32,490 nucleotides of DNA from a virus (taxonomy: Duplodnaviria; Caudoviricetes). The translations under genes and the position numbers were made by a program. The stretch is taken from IMG/VR virus record IMGVR_UViG_3300005662_000008, positions 1-32,490 of that record; one strand, written 5' to 3'. The notes under the pieces are model-generated. The model had not been told where the DNA came from and made no database searches. It worked only from the letters and a program-made list of their open reading frames with translations. Shown here piece by piece: positions 1 through 9,213 of this stretch (the stretch's first letter is position 1; each line of letters begins with the position of its first letter).

Positions 1-100
1 GCCCCGGCTGCGATGCCGTCTAGCTTGGTTTTGTCAGACGCGGACATTGAACCCGCTACACTCGTGGTGGCCGCCGTAATGCTGATGGCCGGGGTGGTCC
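1..100. repeat. Terminal direct repeat (assembly overlap), copy 1; indicates a circular or circularly permuted genome of 32,390 bp
   Basis: 1-100 is identical to 32391-32490, and an ORF reads through the join in frame. Confidence 0.97.
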
Positions 101-1097
101 CCCCGGACGACACGATAGGGGCTGTCCCGGTCACTGAGGCGACAGCGGCTCCAGCTGTGATGCCATCTAGCTTGGTCTTATCCGATGCGCTCATCGACCC
201 CGCCGCGCTCGTCGTGGCTGCGGTGATACTGATGGCCGGAGTCGTCCCGCCGCTGCTTACGATAGGTGCGGTTCCCGTGACCGAAGCCACTGCCGCACCA
301 GCGGTAATGCCAGCCAGCTTCGTGCGCTCCGCGCTCGTCATGAGGAGCTTGGTGGTGCCTTCTGTGAGGCTATCACTCGTGCCCGTCAGCTCAGAGGTGT
401 CGACCTTCTCGAAGATGGCCGCTGCGCCGCTGACCTTGTACTTCATCACCTCGCCATTTGCGGTACCCCTCGCGCTAGGCAAGTCATACGCGGTAGCCAC
501 AGCCCCCACCCGTACCGCCGGAAGGTCAGAACGGGTACCGGAGAAGGTCGCTGCGGTAACCCCACCCAAGGTCAGGGTCGCCTTAGCCAGCGTGGCGTCT
601 AAGTCAAGCAGGTTGTTAGCGTCCACCTTCAGCTCCGTCTCCGTGCCTGAGTAGACGAGCCTGTTCTTGATGTTGGTGACGTCGGTCTCTATCGCAGTGA
701 GGTCCGTGTTGAGGGTGTCGCCTGTGGTCCCGGTGCGGTAGATATTGGTGGAGTCGAGGACCGCGCTGCTCGCCGCTGAGGTTAACCTGCCCTGTTGGTC
801 TACGGTGATGTTCGCACGCGTGTACGTGCCGGGAGTGACCGCCGTGTTGTCTAGGTCTACGGTAATGGTTCCCGAAGTGGTGATAGGGCCGCCCGTGCTA
901 GTTAGGCCCACACCCCCGCTGACATCGACGCTAGTTACCGTTCCAACGGAACCTCCACCCGGAAGGCTGGACCACCGGATGCGCTTGTTGGTCCCAGCGG
1001 GACCCATCGTCGTGTCGGAGACATCTAGGATGAGTAACTCATCGTTGCTTGCCGCCGTCGCGAGGAGGCTTAGCTGGCTGATTTTGCGGGTAGCCAT
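1..1097 (-). CDS. Tail fibre protein, N-terminal part (continues across the join to 32057; 476 aa total)
   Basis: Manual translation from ATG at 1097 (MATRKISQLSLLATAASNDELLILDV...) has no stop down to base 1 and is in frame with ORF 32057..32437. It has fibre-type motifs GTVTSVDVSGG and VTPGTYTRANITVDQQGRLT, plus MSASDKTKLDGI repeats. Missing from the ORF track because it runs off the edge. Confidence 0.8.
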   Translation of the reverse strand, partial: MATRKISQLSLLATAASNDELLILDVSDTTMGPAGTNKRIRWSSLPGGGSVGTVTSVDVSGGVGLTSTGGPITTSGTITVDLDNTAVTPGTYTRANITVDQQGRLTSAASSAVLDSTNIYRTGTTGDTLNTDLTAIETDVTNIKNRLVYSGTETELKVDANNLLDLDATLAKATLTLGGVTAATFSGTRSDLPAVRVGAVATAYDLPSARGTANGEVMKYKVSGAAAIFEKVDTSELTGTSDSLTEGTTKLLMTSAERTKLAGITAGAAVASVTGTAPIVSSGGTTPAISITAATTSAAGSMSASDKTKLDGITAGAAVASVTGTAPIVSSGGTTPAISITAATTSVAGSMSASDKTKLDGIAAG

Positions 1098-1152
1098 GTT
1101 TCTTCAGGTATTGCTCTAGCTTGGCTAGGTTGACTCGTTTCCGTTTGTTCAT
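1039..1152 (-). CDS. Small basic hypothetical protein (37 aa, MNKRKRVNLAKLEQYLKKHGYPQ...)
   Basis: ATGA overlap with the upstream stop; bridges the gap into the fibre gene start; below the ORF-track size cut-off. Confidence 0.45.
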   Translation of the reverse strand: MNKRKRVNLAKLEQYLKKHGYPQNQPAKPPRDGGKQR

Positions 1153-1721
1153 AGACCAAGGATGCCTCTAATCATGCGCAGTTCGTCCTTGCGCAGGGAG
1201 TATTCTAGGTTCAGGCCCTGCGTGTAGTTCCTAGAGGTAGGCAGCACGTCCTCGTTGGTGCCCGCGTTGTACTCCGGGTAGAGGTTGTTGTTGTAGCACA
1301 GGTACTCAATCAGGCGCTCCTTGTACCAGTTAGCCACCTCCCGTGCGCTGTTGATGATGGGCTTGACCTCCTCGTAGCTCGCTGCGGCGGACTGCTCGCT
1401 CCCCATCACTACGATGCTGTTGTTGATGAAGCGGAGGCGGAGGATAGGGATGACCTCGGCGAACGCGTACTGAACTAGCATGGGCACTACGTAGGTGTCC
1501 AACAGGGTCTTGTAGATGGCGTTCCCAGCGTTGTTGATGGTTCCGTCGGCCACTAGCTCGCGCACCTTGTCGTACAGCCGGGTGCCCAGTACCGGGTGCA
1601 CGTTGCGCTCCTGCGCCATGACGATAGCCGGGAAGAGCAGGTTGTCGTCTACGCTGTCGTTCAGCGCTGTGTCGCGCTTAACGCGAACTGGGCTAGTGAG
1701 GATGGTGGTGTTGACGCTCAT
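1149..1721 (-). CDS. Putative head-tail connector/adaptor protein
   Basis: 190 aa, directly after portal with ATGA overlap; AQERNVHPVLGTRLY and LIEYLCYNNNLYPEY resemble adaptor-like proteins of Bacteroidota phages. Confidence 0.6.
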   Translation of the reverse strand: MSVNTTILTSPVRVKRDTALNDSVDDNLLFPAIVMAQERNVHPVLGTRLYDKVRELVADGTINNAGNAIYKTLLDTYVVPMLVQYAFAEVIPILRLRFINNSIVVMGSEQSAAASYEEVKPIINSAREVANWYKERLIEYLCYNNNLYPEYNAGTNEDVLPTSRNYTQGLNLEYSLRKDELRMIRGILGL

Positions 1722-3526
1722 GATTCACGCTGTTTGCCGCTGCCCTTCGCGCGTGCGTCGGCTGGCTTGTTGGGGTTGTCAGGATGGAAGCCCTTATAGT
1801 CCATATCGTTAGGCCACTGGGCCACCTCCTTGGGGTTGACGGGTAGCGCGTTGGCCTTGCGCTCCGCCGGGGGCAGCGCGTTGATGATTTTACGGGCCTC
1901 CCGGACGCTAATCCGCTCGTTGTTCTTCTTGAGGTAGGTCACCCGCTGCCACCAGTGCCTACATCGAGGGCCTCCCTTGTAGAACCACACGTTGTACGTA
2001 GCCGCCCCGCCCTTCCCGAAGCCGGGGTTAGCGCCACTGGCTGCTTCGATGTCCTCTTTGCGGTAGACCTTGCCCGCACCCACCATCAGGCGGCAGAAGT
2101 CCCGGCTGGGTCCCTTAGGGCCTGTGTTGATTTCCTGCGGAGCGTACTGGTAGCGCACCTTGATGAGCGGCGTGTCCTGTCCCTTGGACTTCGCGTCAGG
2201 CCTGCTCGCGGGCACGCTCGCGAAGGCCCACAGCGCGTCATGGGCAGCCTCCATGTCGTAGTTGACGGGTCGGCTGTCAATCATCTCCCACTCGTCCTCG
2301 TCCACCTCCTCTCCTTGCTCAAGGAGCCACGAAGCCGCGCTGCTTAGGTCGACCTCCGTCAGAGCTGCCGGGGCCTCTTCTTTGACCACCTCTGCCTTGC
2401 TCTCGCCAACCTCGATGAAGTCCGCAGGCTTGAGTGGGCAGAAGTACAGGTCTAGGCTGATTCCGTTGGCCGTAAACACAGGCTCAAGGCCATCGAGAAG
2501 CACCCGCTGGAACGGCACCACTACCGTATGATGAAACAGGGAGTAGCTGTCCCTCAGCTCGTCTGCGTTGTTGCCGAACCCGCTGCCGTCTCCGCGCACG
2601 CCGAACAGGAGCGGAGAGGTAACGCGGTGCCCGCTGAGGACCTTGCTATTGACCTCGCGGCTCAGGTACTCGTACATGGTGTCGGTGCCGTTATTCGCCA
2701 CTGGGGTGAACGTGGGCTGCGTGTCAGTGCCGTCGTTAAACGTGATAAGCACCTTGCCAGCCCCCTCCGCGCCTCCAAATTTGTCGTTTACCTTGGCCTC
2801 GATAAGGCGCTGCTCCTCGTCCGTGGGGATGCCGTTATTGAACGAAATCATCATGGACGGGAAGAGGCCGTTCTTGAGGTTGTTGAGGTGGAACACCTGA
2901 ATCTGATGGTCTAGCTCAATGTACCCGGTGCTGCCTACGTAGTCAGGGATGCCGTAGTAGTGGTACGATGGGCTGTACCGCTTCACGTGCAGCACCCGGC
3001 TGGCCTCCGTGCGGTCCTCTGAGCAGAACGCCTTGATGGCATCCGGCTTGCTGTTCTTCTTAGACCAATCTGCGTTGTAGTAGTAGACGTCGACCTTGCC
3101 CTCTGCGTCCGCGACACCCGCGCGCATCGTGTGCACGGGGAGGTGCTTCAGGCACACCACCTTAGTTCGAGGCCGATTCCAAATGGTGTTGAAGTAGCAC
3201 TGACCATAGAGCTTGAGGTCCATAGCCGCCTTTCTCAGCACGTCCGGCTCGCTGCCCGCCAGTAGGCTCTGAAGGCGCAGCCACTGCTCCTTGTTGCCCT
3301 CATCGAGGTCCTTGTCTGCGGCATCGAGTCCATCGCCGTAAATCATAGCCGACACCCCGTTGACGATGGCGCTGTGGATAGAGCTGCCCATGTACAGTTG
3401 CTCTAGGTAGCGCCCGTACTCGTCCTCCTTGCCGTACATCACCCAGTCCTTCCCCTGCTTCTCCTCAAACAAGGGCACGTCATAGACGGGCATGTCGATG
3501 ACGCTGAATTTGTAGTTACCCTTCAT
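1718..3526 (-). CDS. Portal protein with C-terminal Cys/His-containing extension
   Basis: 602 aa; portal-like motifs DLKLYGQCYF, YYGIPDYVG, NNLKNGLFPSMMI, LSGHRVTSPLLFG; extra C-terminal domain (SRDFCRLM...KGGPRCRHWW). Confidence 0.85.
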   Translation of the reverse strand: MKGNYKFSVIDMPVYDVPLFEEKQGKDWVMYGKEDEYGRYLEQLYMGSSIHSAIVNGVSAMIYGDGLDAADKDLDEGNKEQWLRLQSLLAGSEPDVLRKAAMDLKLYGQCYFNTIWNRPRTKVVCLKHLPVHTMRAGVADAEGKVDVYYYNADWSKKNSKPDAIKAFCSEDRTEASRVLHVKRYSPSYHYYGIPDYVGSTGYIELDHQIQVFHLNNLKNGLFPSMMISFNNGIPTDEEQRLIEAKVNDKFGGAEGAGKVLITFNDGTDTQPTFTPVANNGTDTMYEYLSREVNSKVLSGHRVTSPLLFGVRGDGSGFGNNADELRDSYSLFHHTVVVPFQRVLLDGLEPVFTANGISLDLYFCPLKPADFIEVGESKAEVVKEEAPAALTEVDLSSAASWLLEQGEEVDEDEWEMIDSRPVNYDMEAAHDALWAFASVPASRPDAKSKGQDTPLIKVRYQYAPQEINTGPKGPSRDFCRLMVGAGKVYRKEDIEAASGANPGFGKGGAATYNVWFYKGGPRCRHWWQRVTYLKKNNERISVREARKIINALPPAERKANALPVNPKEVAQWPNDMDYKGFHPDNPNKPADARAKGSGKQRES

Positions 3527-3899
3527 AGGCTTGGTATTGACGAGTGTCTAGGTACGGGGTGAACGTCTGATAGGTGGGGTCGGTGGTGATGCGCTGCAAC
3601 AGGCAATATGCCGCCCCGCGTAGCGTGCTCCCCTCCAGCACCTCCAGCACGTAGAACCCATCCGGGTAGTCCGGTGAGTTCAGTTCCACGCGGCCGGGGG
3701 TGTTGTACGGGGGCACGTTAACCACTAGACCAAAGGTAAGGCTGCGCCCGTCCCACACCGGGGTCGCCGTCGCGTATGTCTCCTTCACGGCTCCAGTGGC
3801 TTCGCTCCGGAGGCGTAATTTGAGGTTAGCGAGGTTAACGATTGTGGTGTTGGTTAGGGTCAGCGTTAGTTGCTGGGTCCCGGTTTGAATCTTGACCAT
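3516..3899 (-). CDS. Hypothetical virion protein (Ig-like/beta-rich)
   Basis: Likely start ATG 3899 (MVKIQTG...); lies between tail-tube-like gene and portal and overlaps the portal start. Confidence 0.6.
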   Translation of the reverse strand: MVKIQTGTQQLTLTLTNTTIVNLANLKLRLRSEATGAVKETYATATPVWDGRSLTFGLVVNVPPYNTPGRVELNSPDYPDGFYVLEVLEGSTLRGAAYCLLQRITTDPTYQTFTPYLDTRQYQAYEG

Positions 3900-3936
3900 C
3901 AGAGGGGAATATACGATGAGGCGTCCGTGTAGCACA

Positions 3937-3960
3937 AAGGCCCGCTGTTAGGCGAGCCTT
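3937..3960 (-). terminator. Stem-loop / probable weak intrinsic terminator after the capsid-tail tube genes
   Basis: Minus-strand RNA AAGGCUCGC-CUAACA-GCGGGCCUU followed by UGUGCU; a G-U pair supports the minus strand. Confidence 0.5.
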
Positions 3961-3974
3961 CGCTGGTGTTTTGC

Positions 3975-4096
3975 AAGAGTCCCGGAACTCTTCTGCAAGA
4001 GTTTGAACTCCTCTTGCAAGAGTTTTCACTCTTCTGCAAGAGTCAAAACTCTTCGTGCAAGAGTTTGAACTCTTATTTAAGAGGTTCTGAACTCTT
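3975..4096. repeat. Phased AAGAGT/ACTCTT array A
   Basis: Alternating hexamers starting at 3975, 3987, 3997, 4007*, 4018, 4028, 4038, 4048, 4059, 4069, 4079*, 4091 (* one mismatch). Confidence 0.92.
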
Positions 4097-4661
4097 ATGC
4101 AGGGTTGGTCACGACGATACTTCCAGTGCCCGTCAAGCCGTCAAACGGCCAATCCGGGTCAGCTGGGTCGGTGCTAGGTGTGACCGCAATCGGGAAGGCC
4201 ACCTCGTCAGCGGTAATCTCCAGCGTGTAACCATGGAGGTCGGTCCGTGCCGTTCCAATGGACATCTGAGCGGTCTTCACCACACAGCCGTTCACCGCAC
4301 CCATCATCCACAGCTGGTCATTCGCATCGAGCACCCAGCAGAACACCCGCCCTTGAATCAGGATTTGGAGCTGGTTGTTGTCGGTTTGAGTGGCCTTGTG
4401 GAGCGTTACCGATGCCTTAGCCATGTAAGCGGCGCTTCCCGCGTCCTCGTTCGTCACGTCACACACGAGGCCGCTCGTGTTCGGGCGAACGTCATAGCGG
4501 TACATGGTGTAGTTCACAGCCCCGTAAGCGGTCCACGTGCCCGACGTGAACACCATAGCCGAGTATGCGAGCGGGTTGAAGTCGGCAAGGTAGATGGCTT
4601 TTACGCCGCCCACCTTGTCCTTACAGGCCAACCCGCGTGCTGAGGTTAGTGAGCAAGGCAT
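4095..4661 (-). CDS. Putative major tail (tube) protein
   Basis: 188 aa right after the capsid gene; N-terminus MPCSLTSARGLACKDKVGGVKAIY and C-terminal GTARTDLHGYTLEIT are typical of this structural family in Bacteroidota phages. Confidence 0.6.
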   Translation of the reverse strand: MPCSLTSARGLACKDKVGGVKAIYLADFNPLAYSAMVFTSGTWTAYGAVNYTMYRYDVRPNTSGLVCDVTNEDAGSAAYMAKASVTLHKATQTDNNQLQILIQGRVFCWVLDANDQLWMMGAVNGCVVKTAQMSIGTARTDLHGYTLEITADEVAFPIAVTPSTDPADPDWPFDGLTGTGSIVVTNPA

Positions 4662-4663
4662 GA

Positions 4664-5644
4664 TTAGGTGAAGTCAAATCCGACAACCCCGTCGGTTGGG
4701 ACGGCCACCTGAATGCCGCACGCAAAGTTCATGTTGATGACCACGTCGTCCTTACCATCGTACTGGTAACGCGGGATGAGCTTCGCCTCCGTTTGCGGCG
4801 TGTACGCGTTAGTTCCAACCACGAGGTTCTCCGGGTAGGTGGCTACCATAACGTCTACCGTGTTCGGGATGCCGATGGTCGGGTAGATGGGGTAACCCAT
4901 GTAGGTAACCGCGTTGAACGCTTGGTTGGTACCCAACAGGTTCACACCCTGATTGCTACCTGACGTGGCGAGCGCCTGCAAGTAGAAGCCATACGCCTCG
5001 TACGAGCAGTAGAAGCCAAATCCGGGCTTCATAGCCACCGCTGGGTTAGCCATCACCTTGTCATAGACGGTAGCGAAGACGGTCAGGATGTTGCTATTGG
5101 ACCATGCCGTGTTGCCCGTGTCGGCCTCAGTGAAGTCAGCACAAGCAGAGGCGTCGATGCCCGCCTCGTCAATCACCCCGTCGTTAGACAGGAAGCCGAG
5201 GCCCCACACAGCACCTGAATCGCCGCGCCACAACAGGGTCTCCAGCTGCTCACCCGCTTTGGCCGCTACCAGCGACACGAGGAAGTCGGTGAACTCCACA
5301 GGGATGTCCCCGTCACGGCGCATCTTGCCTTGTGCGGCTACCCACGTTGGGAAGACGGTCTTCCGGCAGACCTCTTCATAGACCTGAAGTTCGTTCAGGG
5401 TGAGGACCTGCTCAGACAGCGTCAGCACGTTAGCGCTCGCGGGCGTGCACGAGGCGGCCTGAATCGGGTTGGTGCTAACCACGTTGTTGATGACCGCCTT
5501 GCGCGTGATGCCCTCGATAAGGCGGCAGCGGTTCTTGGCGATGGTCTCGGCTGCGTTGATGGCAGCGGTAACGTACGGCAGCGCTAAGTCACCGGCATAG
5601 GTGTTAGCGGATACCGTAAGGTCGAAGTCATACTTCCGGCTCAT
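4664..5644 (-). CDS. Major capsid protein
   Basis: Likely start MSRKYDF at 5644, just after the scaffold stop; ~326 aa; follows protease and scaffold; TYAGDLALPYV, LSEQVLTLNELQV and QLETLLWRGD motifs. Confidence 0.8.
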   Translation of the reverse strand: MSRKYDFDLTVSANTYAGDLALPYVTAAINAAETIAKNRCRLIEGITRKAVINNVVSTNPIQAASCTPASANVLTLSEQVLTLNELQVYEEVCRKTVFPTWVAAQGKMRRDGDIPVEFTDFLVSLVAAKAGEQLETLLWRGDSGAVWGLGFLSNDGVIDEAGIDASACADFTEADTGNTAWSNSNILTVFATVYDKVMANPAVAMKPGFGFYCSYEAYGFYLQALATSGSNQGVNLLGTNQAFNAVTYMGYPIYPTIGIPNTVDVMVATYPENLVVGTNAYTPQTEAKLIPRYQYDGKDDVVINMNFACGIQVAVPTDGVVGFDFT

Positions 5645-5646
5645 AG

Positions 5647-6264
5647 TCAGTAGTGTTTTACTTGATTGATGTGATGCAATGCGGTCTCCCATGCGGAGCT
5701 GAATACCTGCGGCTGCGACTTGGTGGCCTGCTTAGCCGGGGTGTGCTTAACGCCAGCGGTAGCGGGTTGGTTTTCGAGCGCCTCGATACGGCTCATGAGG
5801 GTCTTGAGGTGCTTGGCGGTCTGCGCTGCCATCTCAGTGATGGCCTCGTTCATGGCCTCAACCTCTCCCTCCGGTGCCTCAGGCTTTAGCGCTTGGATAA
5901 TCTCTACGACCTTCTCTACCAAGTCATCTTCGAGGCCAATCTCCGCCAGCTTCTTACGCATGTCGCCGTACTCGTCGCCCATCTCCTCCTTGTCCTTGCC
6001 CGCCTCGACGACCGGGGCCTCCTCTCCGAGCTGGGCGATACGCCCTCCAGCTACAACGAGCTTAGTGCCGTCCTCCAGCATGTACTCGCCATCCGGAACT
6101 ACCTCCGCTTGCCCCTCCTCGTTCATCACGAACACCTCTACACCGATGTCCATCGCTTCGGCTTCGGTGACGACCAGCCGCCCATCGTCCATCCGCGCCT
6201 CCGCGTAGAACTTGTGGACAGTGCCCAGCTTGAGCAGGTCTCTGATTTTGTCGATTGTACGCAT
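5647..6264 (-). CDS. Capsid scaffolding protein
   Basis: Acidic and coiled-coil; VPDGEYMLEDGTKLVV motif; between protease and capsid genes. Confidence 0.7.
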   Translation of the reverse strand: MRTIDKIRDLLKLGTVHKFYAEARMDDGRLVVTEAEAMDIGVEVFVMNEEGQAEVVPDGEYMLEDGTKLVVAGGRIAQLGEEAPVVEAGKDKEEMGDEYGDMRKKLAEIGLEDDLVEKVVEIIQALKPEAPEGEVEAMNEAITEMAAQTAKHLKTLMSRIEALENQPATAGVKHTPAKQATKSQPQVFSSAWETALHHINQVKHY

Positions 6265-6296
6265 ACCTATTGGGTTTATGGGTTAATATGGATTCT

Positions 6297-7079
6297 CTAG
6301 GGCTGTTTCTTTTTGGGGTCTAGGCCGCCCGCTGGGGCAAACATACGCACCCCGGCCACGTCTACCGGGTCGGCACCCACCGCGCTCATGAACAGCTGAG
6401 CGTACAGGTCCGCCTCGCGTGACGCGCGAAAGAGGGGCACGCCGTTGATGGTAAGGACCGGGGTCAGCTCCTCCATAACGAGCGCCTTCAGCTGCTCCAT
6501 CACCGCCGGGTCCTTGGGGCAGTCCTTGCAGGGCTGTGCGAGGTCGATGGCCTTGGCGCTAACCACTTGGTCCACGAAGTAGCCCTCTATGCTGAACCCA
6601 CGGACCTTATCGTCCTTGACCTGATTCCATACCGCCTCGTTGTTGACCTTAACGGACAGCATCCACGTGCCCTCCGGTAGCTTGAACCCGTACAGCGCCG
6701 CCTTGTCGCGTGTGGTGTCTTCGATTAGCCATGACTCCACTACGGTGAGGTCGCTCACTGGCACCTCGTGCTCGTACGTGTGCTGGTTCGTGCGCTCCTC
6801 CTTCATGTACCGTTCAGCCGCCTTGCGGATGGTGTCGGATGTGAAGTACACCTCATACTGCTCACCCGTGAATTCGTCAATCCTGAGGATGCGCTTATCG
6901 GGGATGAGGGCTGGGCCTATGAGCAACCGCCGCTCCTCCTCCAGTGCCGCGAACACGTACTGAGCGTCCGCGCTGAGGTACACGAAATTGGTCTCGATGG
7001 CTGGGAACTTGACTAGGCTGACAGCTTGGATTCCAGCCAGCTCTTCGTCATCGTCGATGAGTAATTCTACCAGTTTCAT
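6297..7079 (-). CDS. Prohead serine protease (XkdF-like)
   Basis: AVSLVKFPAIE, LIGPALIPDKRI, VVESWLIED, LPEGTWM and VRGFSIEGYF motifs. Confidence 0.85.
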   Translation of the reverse strand: MKLVELLIDDDEELAGIQAVSLVKFPAIETNFVYLSADAQYVFAALEEERRLLIGPALIPDKRILRIDEFTGEQYEVYFTSDTIRKAAERYMKEERTNQHTYEHEVPVSDLTVVESWLIEDTTRDKAALYGFKLPEGTWMLSVKVNNEAVWNQVKDDKVRGFSIEGYFVDQVVSAKAIDLAQPCKDCPKDPAVMEQLKALVMEELTPVLTINGVPLFRASREADLYAQLFMSAVGADPVDVAGVRMFAPAGGLDPKKKQP

Positions 7080-7091
7080 GCGTGGTGGGAG

Positions 7092-7200
7092 TTTGCCGTT
7101 TGAGATAGATTTTCTGCCCTCTCTTGCCCTTTCCTTGTTTCTCTAGGCGCGTGGCTATTGACTTGTCTAATCGTTGAATCCATAGGTTCTATAGGCGTTC
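7092..7200. repeat. Non-coding element family 2, copy 1
   Basis: Colinear with 30548-30656: TTTGCCGTTTGAG-N5-TTTTCTGCC...GTTTCTCTAGG...GG.TATT...TTCT.TAGGCGTT. Confidence 0.75.
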
Positions 7201-7217
7201 CGGAAGGGTTGTGAGCG

Positions 7218-9041
7218 TTACTGCAAGATAGACCGATGCGCTAGTTGAGCGTCAATCTGCTGCTGTGTCGTGACCTCATTCGACACCACATACGCCTTGA
7301 TGGGGGTGGGTTCGGTGAGGACGTTCGGCATGGGTGCGGTGGCTGACTGAGCGAAGCTGTTTGGCACCATCGCCTGTGTCATGGTGGGTGGGGTGATGCT
7401 ACCGGTCGACCCCGCGCCGCTGTCAGGGAACTTCTGCTTGGCGATGGTAGCTATCTGCGTGGCACCTGTGATGGCCGCTGTGATGGCCCCCGGAATGCCC
7501 GCTGGGTAACCCAAGCCCACGGGAGGGGCCGCCAGTGCCGCAATGACCGCTTGTGCCGTGCTCATCACCGCCGCTGCCGTCTGAATGCCCTTGGCCCGCT
7601 GGAACGCCTTGCGTTGGGCCTCTATGTCGTCGCTGTCTGACTTGTCATTGAGCACCTGAAGGAAGCTGGCGAACGACTGCGCCATAGCCATGTAGGTGTT
7701 CATGGTGGCAATGCGCTTAGCCACCTTGTCATCCTCGCTCTTCGCCTCATCCTTCACGCTCTTTTTCCGGTACTCTTCCTCGATGGCCGCTAGCTCTTGC
7801 TTCTGCTTCTCCAGTAGTTCAGCCTCACCATGCCCGAACTCGTCAGCTAGGGCGAACAGGGTCTCGTACTTCTTGACCACTGCCGCTATCTCGCGCTCGT
7901 GCGCGGACATAACACCCTCGGCAAGCGCGTCCATCCGCTCGTACTGAGCATCGAGGGCCTCCTGCTCTGCCAGCGCCGCCTCTATGGCGATGGCTGCGGC
8001 CTCTGCGCGCATGGCATTGAGCTTGTTTTGCAGTTCGGTCTGCTTCCCGGCTGACTCCTCGCGCACGTTCAGCAACTCTACCTCTAGCTGGGTCAGCCTC
8101 TCGTAGTCCGCCTCCGTAGCTTCAGTGAGCTTCATGTTGGCCTCTTGAATCCGGACCTCCTCAGCCGCTAACGCCACCCTGCGGTTAAGCAGGCTCTGCT
8201 CCATCTCTACGGCCTTCTTAGCCGCCTCCATCCGCTCCTCCAGTGGCTTGGTGCTGTCCTCCGCCACGAGGTTGTACTCTTGAATCTCCGCGCGCCCTCG
8301 TGCGAAGGCCACCGCTAGGTCACGCTGCGCCTTACGCAAGTCGATGCTGTCCTTAGCCAGCTGGGCGGCTGCCTTAGCGGCACGCGTGATAGCCGGGGCC
8401 ATCTCGACCACCTCCTCAACCAACAGGGCCACCCCCGCCGTTAGCGGGTTCAGGTGGATGGCTGCATCGCCAATCTTCTTAGCCCCCTCGATAGCCGCGT
8501 CCTTGGCCTTAGCGAACTCACCAGCGAACACGTGCCCTATCGCGTCACCTAGCAGACCGAAGCCGTCGATAAGCTTCTGCACTTGGTCCATCACGTACTG
8601 CTTCAACGTAGCGTAGAAGTCCATGATAGCCTGCTTGGGGTTCTTGAACGCGTTAATGAGCGCCTCCCCGAAGGCAGAAACCTTGTCTACGATGACCCCG
8701 AATGCTACCCCGAGGGCTGCGGTGGCCGTCTCCAGCATCTCAGCGCCGCGCTGGGTCTTGGTGAAGTACGCTACGAGGGACCCCACCGCCACTACGAGCG
8801 CCCCGATACCCGTCGACACCATAGCCGCCTTCAGGGACTTGAACCCAGTGCCCGCTGCCTTTAGCCCGTCCTTGATGCCCTTGAATGCCGTAATCATCCC
8901 CCCGGTCATCCGGTCTAGAGCGCCGCTCATCCCGGCTGCCGCCTCGTTGGTTTCCTTGGCGGCCTCGCCAACTCCGGCTACCTCGTCGGCTGCCTTCTTG
9001 GCTCCCTTGACCTTGATGTTAACGTCTATTTCGGTGCTCAT
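7218..9041 (-). CDS. Tape measure protein
   Basis: 607 aa, Ala-rich helical; KAAMVSTGIGALVVAVGSL repeat-type motif; coiled-coil middle; C-terminal PIKAYVVSNEVT. Confidence 0.75.
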   Translation of the reverse strand: MSTEIDVNIKVKGAKKAADEVAGVGEAAKETNEAAAGMSGALDRMTGGMITAFKGIKDGLKAAGTGFKSLKAAMVSTGIGALVVAVGSLVAYFTKTQRGAEMLETATAALGVAFGVIVDKVSAFGEALINAFKNPKQAIMDFYATLKQYVMDQVQKLIDGFGLLGDAIGHVFAGEFAKAKDAAIEGAKKIGDAAIHLNPLTAGVALLVEEVVEMAPAITRAAKAAAQLAKDSIDLRKAQRDLAVAFARGRAEIQEYNLVAEDSTKPLEERMEAAKKAVEMEQSLLNRRVALAAEEVRIQEANMKLTEATEADYERLTQLEVELLNVREESAGKQTELQNKLNAMRAEAAAIAIEAALAEQEALDAQYERMDALAEGVMSAHEREIAAVVKKYETLFALADEFGHGEAELLEKQKQELAAIEEEYRKKSVKDEAKSEDDKVAKRIATMNTYMAMAQSFASFLQVLNDKSDSDDIEAQRKAFQRAKGIQTAAAVMSTAQAVIAALAAPPVGLGYPAGIPGAITAAITGATQIATIAKQKFPDSGAGSTGSITPPTMTQAMVPNSFAQSATAPMPNVLTEPTPIKAYVVSNEVTTQQQIDAQLAHRSILQ

Positions 9042-9213
9042 TGATTCGGTGTTGAATGCCTAGCCACGCCTTGCGCCAAAACCCGCTCCAGCCTGTGTGC
9101 TCGTAATAACCATAGAATATCAGGCCCCGCGTAGTCGGAACGCGGGTTGCTTTGGCTCCTACTCTGATGGCTGCGAGGACCACAGGTCCATAGGCGTTCA
9201 CTTTGCGTCTCAT
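9019..9213 (-). CDS. Small hypothetical protein
   Basis: 64 aa; overlaps both neighbours and fills the gap. Confidence 0.55.
   Translation of the reverse strand: MRRKVNAYGPVVLAAIRVGAKATRVPTTRGLIFYGYYEHTGWSGFWRKAWLGIQHRINEHRNRR

Noticed and set aside
1-100. 100-bp end repeat as a biological terminal repeat
   Set aside because: It is exactly 100 bp and falls mid-gene, so it is best explained as assembler overlap of a circular contig
3835-4029. 64-aa ORF over array A, and N-terminal extensions of ORFs 24365..24856, 14981..15685, 4664..5692 and 29288..29575
   Set aside because: They run through repeats, promoters or upstream genes; downstream ATGs with coupled overlaps or proper leaders fit better
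3975-4096. AAGAGT arrays as CRISPR or mini-CRISPR arrays
   Set aside because: The unit is ~21 bp with 4-6 bp linkers, there are no spacer-length unique segments and no cas genes
3908-6290. Short (T/C)ATATT motifs upstream of the 3899 and 6264 starts as late promoters
   Set aside because: Only two or three short instances; not distinguishable from chance without transcript data
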